Both the position numbers and the translations under genes were made by a program. From Candidatus Zhuqueibacterota bacterium (lineage in GTDB: Bacteria; Zhuqueibacterota; Zhuqueibacteria; Thermofontimicrobiales; Thermofontimicrobiaceae): DNA of 64,000 nucleotides. The notes under the pieces are model-generated. The model made no database searches. It had not been told where the DNA came from and saw only the letters and a program-made list of their open reading frames with translations. The stretch spans positions 39,971 to 103,970 of the forward strand of contig JBMOPW010000016.1 of assembly GCA_049322915.1 (NCBI GenBank), written 5' to 3'. Below, piece by piece: positions 48,085 through 58,182 of this stretch (its first letter is position 1; each line of letters begins with the position of its first letter).

Positions 48085-49098
48085 TTATGCAGGGATCTCT
48101 TGATTGGAATGAAAAAATTGCAGTCGTTCATAAGTCGATATTCTGTCAAAATAGGAACTTAAAAAATCAATGACTTGCTGTTCAGTCGTCAGTTTGAAAA
48201 GCTCGTTTTTTATGATAGAACTGTGTGGCAGTCCTTTCAGGTACCAGCCAATATGCTTTCGCATCTCACGCACACCGCGCGTGGGGCTGTTCAGTTCGAC
48301 CATGTCATGCAGGTGTTTGAGAATCAGCGCCAGCCGATCCATGTTCGACGGTGGAGACGACAGCGCGCCATTGCGAAGAAGCTGATCGGCGCTTTCAAAA
48401 ATCCAGGGATTTCCCAGACTGGCCCGGCCAATCATCACCATGTCGCAGCCTGTCTCGTCGATCATGCGCTGCGCGTCCTCGGCCGTAACGATATCGCCAT
48501 TGCCAATCACTGGAATGCTCAGTTCCTGCTTTATCCGGCGTATGAGCGACCAGTCCGAGTGACCCCGAAATTGCTCAGCCTTTGTTCGGGGATGGATGGT
48601 CACCGCCCGCACGCCGCATTGTTCCAACAATTTGGCCACATCCATGGCATTGACAGCGTTTTCGTCCCAACCTTTTCTGATCTTTGCCAGTACTGGCACC
48701 GTCGAGGTCCGAACCACAGCTTCAGTGATTCGCCGGAGCATTGGAATGTCCTGAAGCAACGCAGAGCCTGCATTTCGCTTCACGACTTTTTTCACAGGGC
48801 AACCATAATTAATATCAATGAAATCCGGCGAGTGAGAAAGAACAATTTCCACGGCGCGCGCCATGATTGAGGGATCGGATCCAAAGAGCTGAAACCCAAT
48901 GGGGCGTTCCTGTTCCCGAAAATACAGGTAATCCAGTGTCCGTTTATTTTGCTGGACAATGCCGTCGGCGCTGATCATTTCCGTGAAAACAAGCGCCGCA
49001 CCTTTTTCCCTGCAAATGGCCCGAAACGGTGAATCCGTAATTCCTGCCAAGGGCGCCAACACAACTTTTCCATCGACGCGAATTGTTTCGACTTTCAT
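48085..49098 (-). CDS. dusB: tRNA-dihydrouridine synthase B
   Basis: LAPLAGITD, FTEM, QLFG, DINYGCP, KIRKGW, HPRT, GNGDI, MIGR..GNPW, MRKH. Confidence 0.95.
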   Translation of the reverse strand: MKVETIRVDGKVVLAPLAGITDSPFRAICREKGAALVFTEMISADGIVQQNKRTLDYLYFREQERPIGFQLFGSDPSIMARAVEIVLSHSPDFIDINYGCPVKKVVKRNAGSALLQDIPMLRRITEAVVRTSTVPVLAKIRKGWDENAVNAMDVAKLLEQCGVRAVTIHPRTKAEQFRGHSDWSLIRRIKQELSIPVIGNGDIVTAEDAQRMIDETGCDMVMIGRASLGNPWIFESADQLLRNGALSSPPSNMDRLALILKHLHDMVELNSPTRGVREMRKHIGWYLKGLPHSSIIKNELFKLTTEQQVIDFLSSYFDRISTYERLQFFHSNQEIPA

Positions 49099-49105
49099 GA
49101 AATGT

Positions 49106-49134
49106 AAGATAAGAACTTAAGTATTAACTTGCAA
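49106..49134 (-). promoter_or_regulatory. sigma70-type promoter of dusB (possibly leaderless)
   Basis: TTGCAA-N17-TATCTT; the -10 box ends 7 nt before the ATG. Confidence 0.55.
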
Positions 49135-49316
49135 GTGCTTTTTATAGAATTTTATCATAGCGAAAACCGTGAGTTACAAAAGAATACTCTCCCGGCGCTC
49201 ATGCCGTAAAAAAATGTAAGCGCGCGGAAATGATGAGCAACCGGGAGGTCTAAAAACGCGCGTGCTTCCCAGCGAAATGCTCATTATGCGGATTTGGTTT
49301 TTCCAATAGAAACTTC

Positions 49317-49345
49317 TTGACTTTTAGGGCGGCTATTTTTATATT
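49317..49345 (+). promoter_or_regulatory. sigma70-type promoter of the polysaccharide operon
   Basis: TTGACT-N17-TATATT. Confidence 0.7.
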
Positions 49346-49399
49346 GTTCCACTTTAAATTGATTTTAGTGACAGGGCTTTTCTAAATTTGGAGTATACA

Positions 49400-50668
49400 G
49401 TGCGAAAAATAGAATTGATAATCCTGCTGAACCTGGTGCTGCTTATTTTGAACCCGGCCGGGTTGTTCAGCCAACTGGCAAATCCAAAACGGAATAAAAC
49501 AACCTCCGCCCGGACGACATCACCGTTCATGTCAAGCGGTGAAGAAAAAATCTCGCTGGAAGAAAAAGGTTTGCCTGTTCCCACAACCCAGGCCCTGGAA
49601 CAAGTGATCAATCCTGATCAATACGTGGTTGGCCCTGGTGATATGTTTTATGTCAACGTCTCCGGTGAAGCCGATTTGATGTTCCCGTCGCAAGTAACCC
49701 CGGAGGGACTATTAATCGTTGAGACGATTGGAATTTTCAAGGCCGATGGAAAGAGATTATCCCAATTGCAGAGTGACATTAGACAGGCGGGAAAAACGAA
49801 ATATAAAATGAAAGATGTGTTTGCCAATCTGGTACAGCTCCGTTCGTTCCGCGTTCATGTCGTGGGCGAAGTGGTGAATCCCGGCACTTACGTTGCGCAG
49901 GCAGTCGATCGGGTATCGGTCGTCATCGATCGGGCTGAATCCCTCACCGACTGGGCGGATGAACGGCACATCGAAATTCGCCATACGAATGGTCAGATTG
50001 ATTCTCTGGATCTATTTCAATTTAAAAAATTGGGTGATTTGAGCGAAAATATCTTTGTACAAAATGGCGACATCATCTATGTTCCGGCAATTGATTTAAT
50101 TCAAAAGACCGTCATTCTCGAAGGGCTGGTCAGACAGCCGGGGATTCATCAGATTACTGAAAACGAGTCTCTGAGTAGTTTCCTGCTGCGCGTCGATGCA
50201 TTCAATCGCTCGTTGGATCCGCAGAATATTTATGTCGTGAGGCAAGGCGAGAAGGGTGAAAAGAAGATATTTAACATAAATTTACTGGGTTCAAAAAATG
50301 GGAACAAGGATCAACGACCGGTGGATGTCGCTTTACAAAATGGTGATCATATTTTCGTCCCATCATTAAAGAACAGGGTTTATGTCCACGGTGCGGTGAA
50401 TATCCCCGGCGGTTATTCCTATATGGCAGGATTCAAAATTCAGGATTATGTCGGGCTGGCTGGCGGCACCACTGAAATGGGAAATGTCAAGGGCATTAAG
50501 GTCATTCACCTACGCGATAATTCAGTGGAGCAGGGAATGGATGTGGCAGTCGATCGTGGCGATACAATCATTGTGCCCCTGTCGTTCCGCAAGGAATTTG
50601 CCGAGTACTTGCAGATTTTTTCGGGACTGGCTACGCTGGTCTTTGCATTTATGGCAGCGCAGAACTAA
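49400..50668 (+). CDS. Polysaccharide export protein with SLBB domains (Wza/KpsD-like)
   Basis: YVVGPGD, VHVVGEVVNPG, VQNGDIIYVP, VHGAVNIPG, LAGG; probable GTG start at 49400. Confidence 0.9.
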   Translation: MRKIELIILLNLVLLILNPAGLFSQLANPKRNKTTSARTTSPFMSSGEEKISLEEKGLPVPTTQALEQVINPDQYVVGPGDMFYVNVSGEADLMFPSQVTPEGLLIVETIGIFKADGKRLSQLQSDIRQAGKTKYKMKDVFANLVQLRSFRVHVVGEVVNPGTYVAQAVDRVSVVIDRAESLTDWADERHIEIRHTNGQIDSLDLFQFKKLGDLSENIFVQNGDIIYVPAIDLIQKTVILEGLVRQPGIHQITENESLSSFLLRVDAFNRSLDPQNIYVVRQGEKGEKKIFNINLLGSKNGNKDQRPVDVALQNGDHIFVPSLKNRVYVHGAVNIPGGYSYMAGFKIQDYVGLAGGTTEMGNVKGIKVIHLRDNSVEQGMDVAVDRGDTIIVPLSFRKEFAEYLQIFSGLATLVFAFMAAQN

Positions 50669-50705
50669 TTCTTATGCCCCCAACTATTTAAAAATGAAAG
50701 CGAAA

Positions 50706-51956
50706 ATGGAAAAGCGAAAAATCACTACTTTAGATTATCTATCTATATTGGTCAAGTGGCGAAAAATGATAATTATTAACAGCCTGATATTCTGCTTTTT
50801 TGTTGCCGTTGTGAGTTTAATTATTCCAAAATACTACACAGCCACTGCCACCATTATGCCGCCGACAAGTGAGAGCAGTGATTTAGGCCTGTCATCTTTA
50901 TTAAGCAAAATACCTGGCGGTAGTTTCACCGCTAATATGGGATTAGTATCGGAAGAGACAAATACATTCTTAGCGATTTTAAATAGTCGATCAGTCATGC
51001 AGAATGTGATAGAGAAATTTAATCTAATTCAAAGGTTTAAAAGCAAAAATATAGAAGAAGCGGTCAGAACATTAAGTCAATTAGTCGTTGTCAAAGTAAA
51101 TGACGAAGGCACTATTTCTCTTTCAATGAAAATCAACACTCCTTTTTTTGCAGGAAAAACAAAGGAGCGTGAAGCGGCTGAACTTGCAAAGGACATTGCC
51201 AATTACTTTTTAATTGAACTTGATCGAGTCAATCGAGAACTGAAAACTGACAAAGCTCGGAGTACACGCATTTTCATTGAGCGCCGTTATCATCAAAATC
51301 TTGTTGACTTAATAAAAGCAGAAGATGATTTTCGATCCTTTCAAATACAATATGGTGCCATTTCTCTGCCAGAACAGGTAGAAGTTGGCATAACGGCAGC
51401 TGCTGAGTTGAAGGCTCAAATCATTTCCAAACAAGTCGAACTTGGAGTGATGAAAAAATATTTAAGTGAAAGTCACCAGGAATTCATGAAAACCCAATCT
51501 CAATTACAGGAGTTGGAGAGCAAGTACAACGATTTTCGATACGGCACCAAACTGGATAAGAATAATTCTATTAACTCTCAGTCGTTAGATCTATTTCCTC
51601 CATTTTCTGACATCCCTGATCTGGGCATTCAATACGCGCGATTATATCGTGAAGTAAAATTGCAGGAAACGCTCTTAGAATTTATTCTTCCCCAGTACGA
51701 ACAAGCGAAAATACAAGAAGCAAAGGACACCCCAACCGTTCAAGTCCTCGATAAAGCGATCGCACCCATCAAACGTTCCAGTCCAAAAAGAATGCTGCTG
51801 GTTTTAGCTTCGGGAATTATCAGTTTGTTGTTCTTTTCCATGATGGCATATATAGCTGTAAATCTTGAATACATCAAGCAGTCAGATTCAAATCGCTATA
51901 GTCGCATTCAACAGATTTTTGTCGATCTGAAGCCCAATAACTGGTTTAGAAAATAG
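50706..51956 (+). CDS. Polysaccharide co-polymerase (Wzz/GumC-like, no kinase domain)
   Basis: TM plus PKYYTATATIMPP, coiled-coil periplasmic region, VQVLDKAIAPIKRSSPKR plus TM; start at ATG 50706 or 50694. Confidence 0.9.
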   Translation: MEKRKITTLDYLSILVKWRKMIIINSLIFCFFVAVVSLIIPKYYTATATIMPPTSESSDLGLSSLLSKIPGGSFTANMGLVSEETNTFLAILNSRSVMQNVIEKFNLIQRFKSKNIEEAVRTLSQLVVVKVNDEGTISLSMKINTPFFAGKTKEREAAELAKDIANYFLIELDRVNRELKTDKARSTRIFIERRYHQNLVDLIKAEDDFRSFQIQYGAISLPEQVEVGITAAAELKAQIISKQVELGVMKKYLSESHQEFMKTQSQLQELESKYNDFRYGTKLDKNNSINSQSLDLFPPFSDIPDLGIQYARLYREVKLQETLLEFILPQYEQAKIQEAKDTPTVQVLDKAIAPIKRSSPKRMLLVLASGIISLLFFSMMAYIAVNLEYIKQSDSNRYSRIQQIFVDLKPNNWFRK

Positions 51957-51967
51957 ATCGAAATTTT

Positions 51968-53476
51968 ATGGCTAACGATTACTCTCAGTCTTTTGTCAAT
52001 AGTCAAATCAAACGAACGGCAAAAGATTTTCTTATTTATTTACCTGCTATGGTTATCCCAGCAATTGTTGGCATTATACTCATTCGTATTTTTACAAGCA
52101 TTTTTACGCCGACAGAATATGGAAATTACCAATTAGCTTTTTCAGCATTTGGCTTAATCCGAGTTTTCAGCATGGCTTGGCTGGCAAATTGCGTTACTCG
52201 TTTTTTTTTAAATCAGAAAAACAATGGCGTTCAGCATATTTTTTTTTCCACGTTAGGCATCGCTTCCTTTGTAAGCGCCTTTGGTATTGCAACGCTTAGC
52301 TATCTTATCAATATTTTCTTTTTTAAAGCCAAAATAGCGGATAGTCTTTTTTCGTTGGTTAATCTAGCAATTGTCGCCTCAATTTTCAATACTATATTTG
52401 AAATTTTTGTGTTGGTATATCGTGCGGGCCTGGAAGCGAAGAAATATTCTCTTTACTGGATTTTGTTCTCGGTAGGAAAACCGCTACTCAGTATTGGACT
52501 GATACTTCTTTTTGACTTGAGAGTATCCGCTATTTTTTGGGGATTCCTTATTGTTCCACTTGTTCTCGATATTATAGTTTTGTTTGAATTAAACTTTATT
52601 CGTCAATTCCGTATTCAAAATTTCTCGATGCCTCTTCTGCGAGAGTTTGCAAATTTTGGAATCCCAATAACTTTTTCGATGTTTTCATTTTGGATATTAT
52701 CCCTGTCCGATCGGTTTCTCATTGAGTACTTTCGAGGGAGTAGTGAAGTGGGGCTATACGCAGTTGGTTATGTAATCTCAGAGCGTATATTAACTTTTGC
52801 TTATACTGTACTTATGCTCGCCGCTTATCCGATTATTATCGAAAATTGGGAGCAGCATGGCGATCAAAAAACTCAAACATTGATTACTGAATTGACTCGA
52901 TATTATTTTTTGTTATGTATGCCAATTGTAACTGTTTTGCTGGTTGTCCCCAAGCCGATGCTCAAGATATTTTCCAGCGCCACATTCATTGATGGCGCCA
53001 AAGTGCTCCCATTCATTGCAATTGGTGTTTTCTTCAATGGTCTTTGCCAGTATGTATTGAAAGGCTTCGAGCTCCATCGCAAAAGCGGAAGCATCGCTAA
53101 ACTTGCATTAATCGCTGGTGTCATTAATATAAGTTTGAATTTAATTTTCATCCCCAAATATGGTTATTACGGCGCTGGATTGTCAATGCTTTTAACCTAT
53201 CTGGGATACTTCATTCTTGCAATTTATTTTACAAAAGATGAATTGCGCTGGACACCACCTATAAGATCAATATTAAATAGTATTCTAGCTGCTTGCTTGC
53301 TCGCCTGTTTTTTATTAGGCAGTTTGGAAATCATAGACAGTCAATTATCTTTTATTTTTCTAATATTGCCATCGGGAATCGTTCTGTACTACTTTTCATT
53401 ATTTGTTATTAAGGAAATTAAGATGGAGGAAGTACAAAAAGGTAAAACTGTCATCTTCCGACTCTTCAGGGACTGA
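51968..53476 (+). CDS. wzx: Oligosaccharide flippase (Wzx/MATE-like)
   Basis: 12-14 TMs; TPTEYGNY, LSDRFLI, EVGLYA, IPKYGYYGAG. Confidence 0.88.
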   Translation: MANDYSQSFVNSQIKRTAKDFLIYLPAMVIPAIVGIILIRIFTSIFTPTEYGNYQLAFSAFGLIRVFSMAWLANCVTRFFLNQKNNGVQHIFFSTLGIASFVSAFGIATLSYLINIFFFKAKIADSLFSLVNLAIVASIFNTIFEIFVLVYRAGLEAKKYSLYWILFSVGKPLLSIGLILLFDLRVSAIFWGFLIVPLVLDIIVLFELNFIRQFRIQNFSMPLLREFANFGIPITFSMFSFWILSLSDRFLIEYFRGSSEVGLYAVGYVISERILTFAYTVLMLAAYPIIIENWEQHGDQKTQTLITELTRYYFLLCMPIVTVLLVVPKPMLKIFSSATFIDGAKVLPFIAIGVFFNGLCQYVLKGFELHRKSGSIAKLALIAGVINISLNLIFIPKYGYYGAGLSMLLTYLGYFILAIYFTKDELRWTPPIRSILNSILAACLLACFLLGSLEIIDSQLSFIFLILPSGIVLYYFSLFVIKEIKMEEVQKGKTVIFRLFRD

Positions 53477-53477
53477 A

Positions 53478-54830
53478 ATGTTAATTCAAAATTTAAATTT
53501 CGAAATTGATATAAAGAAATATTTCAAATGGCTTGTTGCAGTAGAGTCATTAACAATAGCTATGTTGTTTTTTTCAGAAATTTTCAGTCTTGCTTTTTTT
53601 CTGACCTTTTTTTTTCCGTTTATAATTTTTTTAGTTCCTGAAATCAGCTTTGCTGTTGCGTTGACCGACAATATTCTCCTCAAGGTTTTATCAGATGCTG
53701 TTCCTACTGGACTTCCATTTCCTCAGTTGATTGCTTATTTTTTATTAATTTCCTTCTCGATCTTTTTTTATCTCAGCAGAAAATCAGATCAATATGAATT
53801 CATTGATAGTAGACTTCATCAGATTGTAATCGCTATTATATTATTACTTATTTTCGGATTATTCTTTTCGACTAATAGAAGCTATGGCGCGACTAAGATT
53901 TTATTCTATCTGATTTATAATTTGACTATGTTTTTCATTCCCTCTCTTTATGTGAATGATTTAAGAGGTATTAAGAGAATTATCATTATTGGTTATATCC
54001 TGGGAATTATCCTCGGCCTTATTAGCTTCCTAGTTAAAGCTGACACAGTAGTTCAATTTTTACGTTTTCGGCCATCGGAAAGTGTCAACCCAATTTTTCT
54101 ATCAAGAAGCCTTGGCGTTTCTATTATTTGTGGTATTTTTTTACTCGTGAAATCGAAACAACTTTATACAAAATTCTTGATCCTATTATCTTATATCATT
54201 CTATTACCTCCCATGATTTGGTCGGGTTCGCGAGGCCCTTTTATTGGTGTTTTAGTATTAGCTTTAGGGTTTTATTTTCTTCAACCTGCGAAGCCATTAT
54301 CAAAAAAGATATTGATTAGTCTTGTCACTTTGACATCAGCAGTCCTTCTAATAATTTACACCACAAATACAATTTCCACGCGGATATCGGCACCAATCAC
54401 TCAGGAAGCAAGCTCAGCATTTAGGGTTCTGGCATGGTTGGTTGCTATTCAGAATTTCCTATCTTCACCATTGATTGGCATTGGAACAGGAAGTTATCTT
54501 ATGGAAGCGCCATGGCAGAATTTTATTTATCCTCACAATCTAATTTTGGAATTGGCATGCGAGAATGGTATACTCGGATTAATTTTAATACTTTTGTTCA
54601 TCGGCCAGGCTATTCGTTATGGGTTAAGTAACATTAGAGATTATGCCGCGACGAATGAATCGTCTGGTCTGCAATTGAGTGTTGTAAGTATTTGTTTGTT
54701 TCTTTTTGGTCTCTGGAATGCAATGTTTAGTGGTGACATTTCTAATAATTCGCTGGTTTGGTTTGCGGGAGGATTAATTAGCGCTTTATCTCTGACGACA
54801 AAAGTAAAAAGAGTGAAAAAAAATGGTTAG
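53478..54830 (+). CDS. O-antigen polymerase/ligase family (Wzy_C) protein
   Basis: Polytopic; SGSRGP, R...W, PLIGIGTG, YPHNLILE..ENG. Confidence 0.88.
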   Translation: MLIQNLNFEIDIKKYFKWLVAVESLTIAMLFFSEIFSLAFFLTFFFPFIIFLVPEISFAVALTDNILLKVLSDAVPTGLPFPQLIAYFLLISFSIFFYLSRKSDQYEFIDSRLHQIVIAIILLLIFGLFFSTNRSYGATKILFYLIYNLTMFFIPSLYVNDLRGIKRIIIIGYILGIILGLISFLVKADTVVQFLRFRPSESVNPIFLSRSLGVSIICGIFLLVKSKQLYTKFLILLSYIILLPPMIWSGSRGPFIGVLVLALGFYFLQPAKPLSKKILISLVTLTSAVLLIIYTTNTISTRISAPITQEASSAFRVLAWLVAIQNFLSSPLIGIGTGSYLMEAPWQNFIYPHNLILELACENGILGLILILLFIGQAIRYGLSNIRDYAATNESSGLQLSVVSICLFLFGLWNAMFSGDISNNSLVWFAGGLISALSLTTKVKRVKKNG

Positions 54831-55746
54831 GGGTAAAGTGATAGAAGAAAAAAATTATCTCATTAGCCTAATACTAATTACCTACAATCGAATTAATGTC
54901 CTAATCGATTGCATCGATGCTATAAATACTCAAACGTACCAATCTCTTGAAATAATTCTAGTGGATAATAGCAGTTCAGATGGCACTTCAGAAATTATTA
55001 AAAACAAATATTCGGATATTAAATTAATTCAGGCAGAAAAAAATCTTGGCGTACCTGGTGCAAGAAATTTAGCGATTAATTATGCACACGGAGACTTGTT
55101 GGTGTTTATAGATGATGACTGCATCATTAAAGATCGTCAATTCTTTGAGCAGCTCAATCGTTACTTCGTTGAAAAAAAAGATGTAGCCATTTTGACCTTT
55201 AAAATTGTGAATTATTTTTCCGATAAAGTTAATCGACTTGAGTTCCCTCATCGGGATAAAAGTTTGGTTGAACAGGAATTCGAAACGAGTTATTTTTTGG
55301 GAACGGCAAACGCTATTCGCCGAGAAGTTTTTGAATCGACTGGCGTTTTGTTTGCAGATTATTTTTATGGTTTCGAAGAGATTGACTTTTCAATGCGCGC
55401 TTTGGAACGTGGTTTTCGATTATTTTATTCTCCACAATTCGTTGTCTATCATAAAACTTCACCCGAGGCGCGGCCGTCATGGCGATCGGTTTATTATTTT
55501 ACCCGGAATAGAATCTGGTTCGCATTTTCATTTCTACCATGGTATTTTATCGTAACTCATTTTATCATCTGGCTGAGTTATTATTTTCTGCTTTCACTTA
55601 AAATTAAACATCCGGCAAAATTTTTCAAGGGCTTGGCGGATGGAGTTCGCGGCCTAAAAAAAATCAAACAGAGAAGACAATCGCTAAAAACCTCTAAGAC
55701 CGTCATTAATAAATTATTTCAACTTAAGGGGCGATTGTTGTACTAA
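54823..55746 (+). CDS. Glycosyltransferase family 2
   Basis: ITYNR, VDNSSSDGT, ARNLA, FIDDD, EEIDFSMR. Confidence 0.92.
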   Translation: MVRGKVIEEKNYLISLILITYNRINVLIDCIDAINTQTYQSLEIILVDNSSSDGTSEIIKNKYSDIKLIQAEKNLGVPGARNLAINYAHGDLLVFIDDDCIIKDRQFFEQLNRYFVEKKDVAILTFKIVNYFSDKVNRLEFPHRDKSLVEQEFETSYFLGTANAIRREVFESTGVLFADYFYGFEEIDFSMRALERGFRLFYSPQFVVYHKTSPEARPSWRSVYYFTRNRIWFAFSFLPWYFIVTHFIIWLSYYFLLSLKIKHPAKFFKGLADGVRGLKKIKQRRQSLKTSKTVINKLFQLKGRLLY

Positions 55747-55785
55747 TTTTTTTAGATTATTCTTTCTTATTTGAACTTAATAACT

Positions 55786-56979
55786 ATGCGTATTTTATTA
55801 ATCACAAACTATTTTCCGCCGGCGAACACAGTTGCATCTCATCGGCTTTACAGCTTCGTCAAATATCTGCCCGATTTCGGTATCGATATTGATGTCTGTA
55901 CTCCGAGACGAACTGGTACACTTGAATATAATCTGAACTCGATTATTCAAATATTTCTTTATCCAGATGATTCACAGCTAAATAAATTTTCCGCAGATTT
56001 GAGCTTCTTGCGTCGATTTCTCAGGTTCACTGGTCTGGTTCCACTCTACCGTTATCTGAGAAATCAACTTTTTTTAAAGGGAAAAGCCTATTTTAATAGC
56101 GAGCGAATGTCAAACTATCAGGCTATTTTTGTTTCATTTGGCCCTGAAAGTGTATTACGCCTTGGATACTATTTGTCCAGAAAATATAACCTGCCGCTAA
56201 TAGTTGACTATCGAGATTTATGGTTGAATATTTTAATTCCTAATCCGTCTCTTTTCAACCGATTCATTATTTCATTTATTGAGAAACGAATTATACAACA
56301 TGCCGCGTTAATTACAACTGTGTCCCAAAATCTTGCTGCAGAACTTCACAGTCGCTACCAATGCGAATCAGTTATTATTTACAATGGCTATTTTGATGAT
56401 ATCCATGTTAAAGGAGATTTCGAGTTATCAGCGGTTGAAAAATCAGATATCATTATCGGCTATTCGGGTAGTTTGTACAATGGCATTCGTCCCATTGAAG
56501 TTATATTCCCGGCATTAAAAAACTTATCCAAACTAAAACTTCATGTGGCAATTTTTGATGACATCGATTATAACTATGTAATAAATTTATGCAAGAAATT
56601 TAGTGTCAACCACAAAGTTGTAATATACCAAAATTTGACCAATGAACAATCCATACTATTCCAACGCCTATGTGATATTTTGTTATTACTAAATAGGATG
56701 GACGGCTCATGGAAAGGTGCGCTTACTGGAAAACTGTTTGAATATATTTCTGCAAGAAAATTTATTTTGGGAATAGGCCATCCTTCAGATGAAGCGGCAG
56801 AAATCATTCAACGATTAAAAATTGGTGTGTATGTTAATTCTACGGAGCAGGCATCGAAGTTTTTTGAAACTATTGATCACTTCAATTTAGTCACACCTGA
56901 GGATACATCCTTTTTTACTCGAAGAAATCAGACAAAAATTCTGGCAGAGGCAATTTACCGTGTATTCCCGCAAAGATGA
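55786..56979 (+). CDS. Glycosyltransferase family 4-like (GT-B)
   Basis: ITNYFPP, VDYRDLW, IYNGY, YSGSLY, TGKLFEY. Confidence 0.88.
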   Translation: MRILLITNYFPPANTVASHRLYSFVKYLPDFGIDIDVCTPRRTGTLEYNLNSIIQIFLYPDDSQLNKFSADLSFLRRFLRFTGLVPLYRYLRNQLFLKGKAYFNSERMSNYQAIFVSFGPESVLRLGYYLSRKYNLPLIVDYRDLWLNILIPNPSLFNRFIISFIEKRIIQHAALITTVSQNLAAELHSRYQCESVIIYNGYFDDIHVKGDFELSAVEKSDIIIGYSGSLYNGIRPIEVIFPALKNLSKLKLHVAIFDDIDYNYVINLCKKFSVNHKVVIYQNLTNEQSILFQRLCDILLLLNRMDGSWKGALTGKLFEYISARKFILGIGHPSDEAAEIIQRLKIGVYVNSTEQASKFFETIDHFNLVTPEDTSFFTRRNQTKILAEAIYRVFPQR

Positions 56980-57017
56980 GCAAGGCTATAATTAATCGAA
57001 ATAAAGGTGAACTCAAA

Positions 57018-58172
57018 ATGCTCTTCAAATGGATATTTTGGATTTCGTTATCATTGATCGTTTATAGTTATTTAGGTTTTTATTTAGTGTTATTCATTCT
57101 TACCAAAATTAAACCGAAGAAGCGACTTCGTGATCAGAACTATTTTCCAACGATCAGTATGCTCATCTCGGCTTATAACGAAGAATCAGTTATAAAAAGC
57201 AAAATAGACAACTGTTTACTAATTGATTATCCAAAAGATAAAATTGAGTTTTTGTTTGGCTCGGATGCATCTGATGATAATACCAACCAAATACTCACTG
57301 CCAATCAGTCCAATCTGATTCGACCATTTTTTTATTCACAGCGACAGGGAAAAGCAGCAACGTTGAATAGATTGGTAAAAAATGCGGATGGAGAAATCCT
57401 TGTTTTCTCTGACGCTAATACGATGTATCAACCAGATGCAATAAAAAATCTTGTTCAGCACTTTGTTGATGAGAATATAGGGGGTGTCTGTGGTAGATTG
57501 AAATTAGTATCTTTTAATGATAGTTCCGGCGGTAACGGAGAAACGCTCTATTGGAGCTACGAAAATATGTTGAAAGCAATGGAAGGAAAGATAAAAACAG
57601 TCTTTGGAGCTAATGGTGCTATCTACGCCATTCGGCATAAATTCTATCATGCTCTACCAGAGAATAAGGTGATCATGGATGATTTTATAATCCCTTTGAA
57701 AATAATCGAGAAGTATCACAAAGATATTATCTACGCATCGGATGCAGTTGGCATTGAAACTACTTCTAAGAATGAGGCTGGAGAATTCACGAGAAAGATT
57801 CGCATTGGTGCGGCAAATTTCAATAGTTTGGTTGAAATCTGGCGGCTGCTATTACCATGGAGATGTTTTGTAGCATTTGGCCTTTGGTCGCATAAAATTC
57901 TCCGTTGGTTCGTTCCATTCTTTTTAATTTTTGTTCTGGTGACTAATTTTTTATTGTCAGACATTCCCTTTTTTATGTTTGCTGCGTTGTTGCAATTGTT
58001 ATTTTACATGTCAAGCCTTATTGGGTTTATGCTGACAAAACTGGAAATTAAAAAGCCCTCTATTCTTGTTTATAGCTATTATTTCGTGGGAATTAATGCT
58101 GCACTTTTAATTGGCTTTTTTAAGTTCATCTTTAAAACGCAAAAACCAGCCTGGAAGCGGGTCCAAAGATAA
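57018..58172 (+). CDS. Glycosyltransferase family 2, membrane-anchored (PgaC/IcaA-like)
   Basis: SAYNEE, SDASDD, GKAATLN, FSDAN, GANGAIYAIR, DDF, HKILRW; start at 57018 or 56976. Confidence 0.9.
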   Translation: MLFKWIFWISLSLIVYSYLGFYLVLFILTKIKPKKRLRDQNYFPTISMLISAYNEESVIKSKIDNCLLIDYPKDKIEFLFGSDASDDNTNQILTANQSNLIRPFFYSQRQGKAATLNRLVKNADGEILVFSDANTMYQPDAIKNLVQHFVDENIGGVCGRLKLVSFNDSSGGNGETLYWSYENMLKAMEGKIKTVFGANGAIYAIRHKFYHALPENKVIMDDFIIPLKIIEKYHKDIIYASDAVGIETTSKNEAGEFTRKIRIGAANFNSLVEIWRLLLPWRCFVAFGLWSHKILRWFVPFFLIFVLVTNFLLSDIPFFMFAALLQLLFYMSSLIGFMLTKLEIKKPSILVYSYYFVGINAALLIGFFKFIFKTQKPAWKRVQR

Positions 58173-58182
58173 GCCGATTTAA

